64,000 nt of DNA from Octopus sinensis (Eukaryota), in assembly GCF_006345805.1 (NCBI RefSeq), contig NC_043012.1, forward strand, positions 40,982,001 to 41,046,000. Reading direction: 5' to 3'. Below, piece by piece: positions 63,994 through 64,000 of the stretch (its first letter is position 1; every line of letters begins with the position of its first letter). The translations under genes and the position numbers were made by a program. Under the pieces are notes generated by a model. That model saw only the letters and a program-made list of their open reading frames with translations, was not told the DNA's origin and did no database searches.

Positions 63994-64000
63994 GTATATA
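63350..64000. repeat. (TA)n/(TG)n degenerate microsatellite region
   Basis: Read directly. Confidence 0.85.

Noticed and set aside
10668-64000. Numerous ORFs rich in Y/I/C/V/H/T/S/R/E in the supplied track
   Set aside because: They are translations of (TA)n, (TG)n, (GA)n, (TTC)n, (GAT)n and (AAT)n tracts or of SINE bodies, with no domain signal.

Overview
AT-rich, microsatellite-saturated eukaryotic DNA, most consistent with an octopus (cephalopod) genome. That attribution rests on recalled repeat families, not on a search. There is one convincing coding exon: 54420-55556 (+), the N-terminus and ankyrin region of a TRPC-family cation channel. It ends at a GT donor and no downstream exon was recognised in the window. 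The rest is intronic or intergenic and holds tRNA-derived SINEs of several modular families, a long-TIR MITE, a Helitron-like element, a hAT end, a decayed RLE-type LINE fragment, a 1.4-kb near-identical tandem duplication and many simple repeats. Almost all other ORFs in the supplied track are microsatellite or SINE artefacts. The most notable unexplained signal is a dispersed set of minimal type I hammerhead-ribozyme motifs of the Penelope-like/retrozyme kind. These include an intact-looking copy at 52069-52108, a mirrored pair inside a 336-bp palindrome (18595-18930), one inside a terminally redundant ~366-nt unit (15459-15894), and several decayed copies. Most lie next to, or within, (TA)n/(CA)n tracts. 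Repeat boundaries were read by eye and are approximate.
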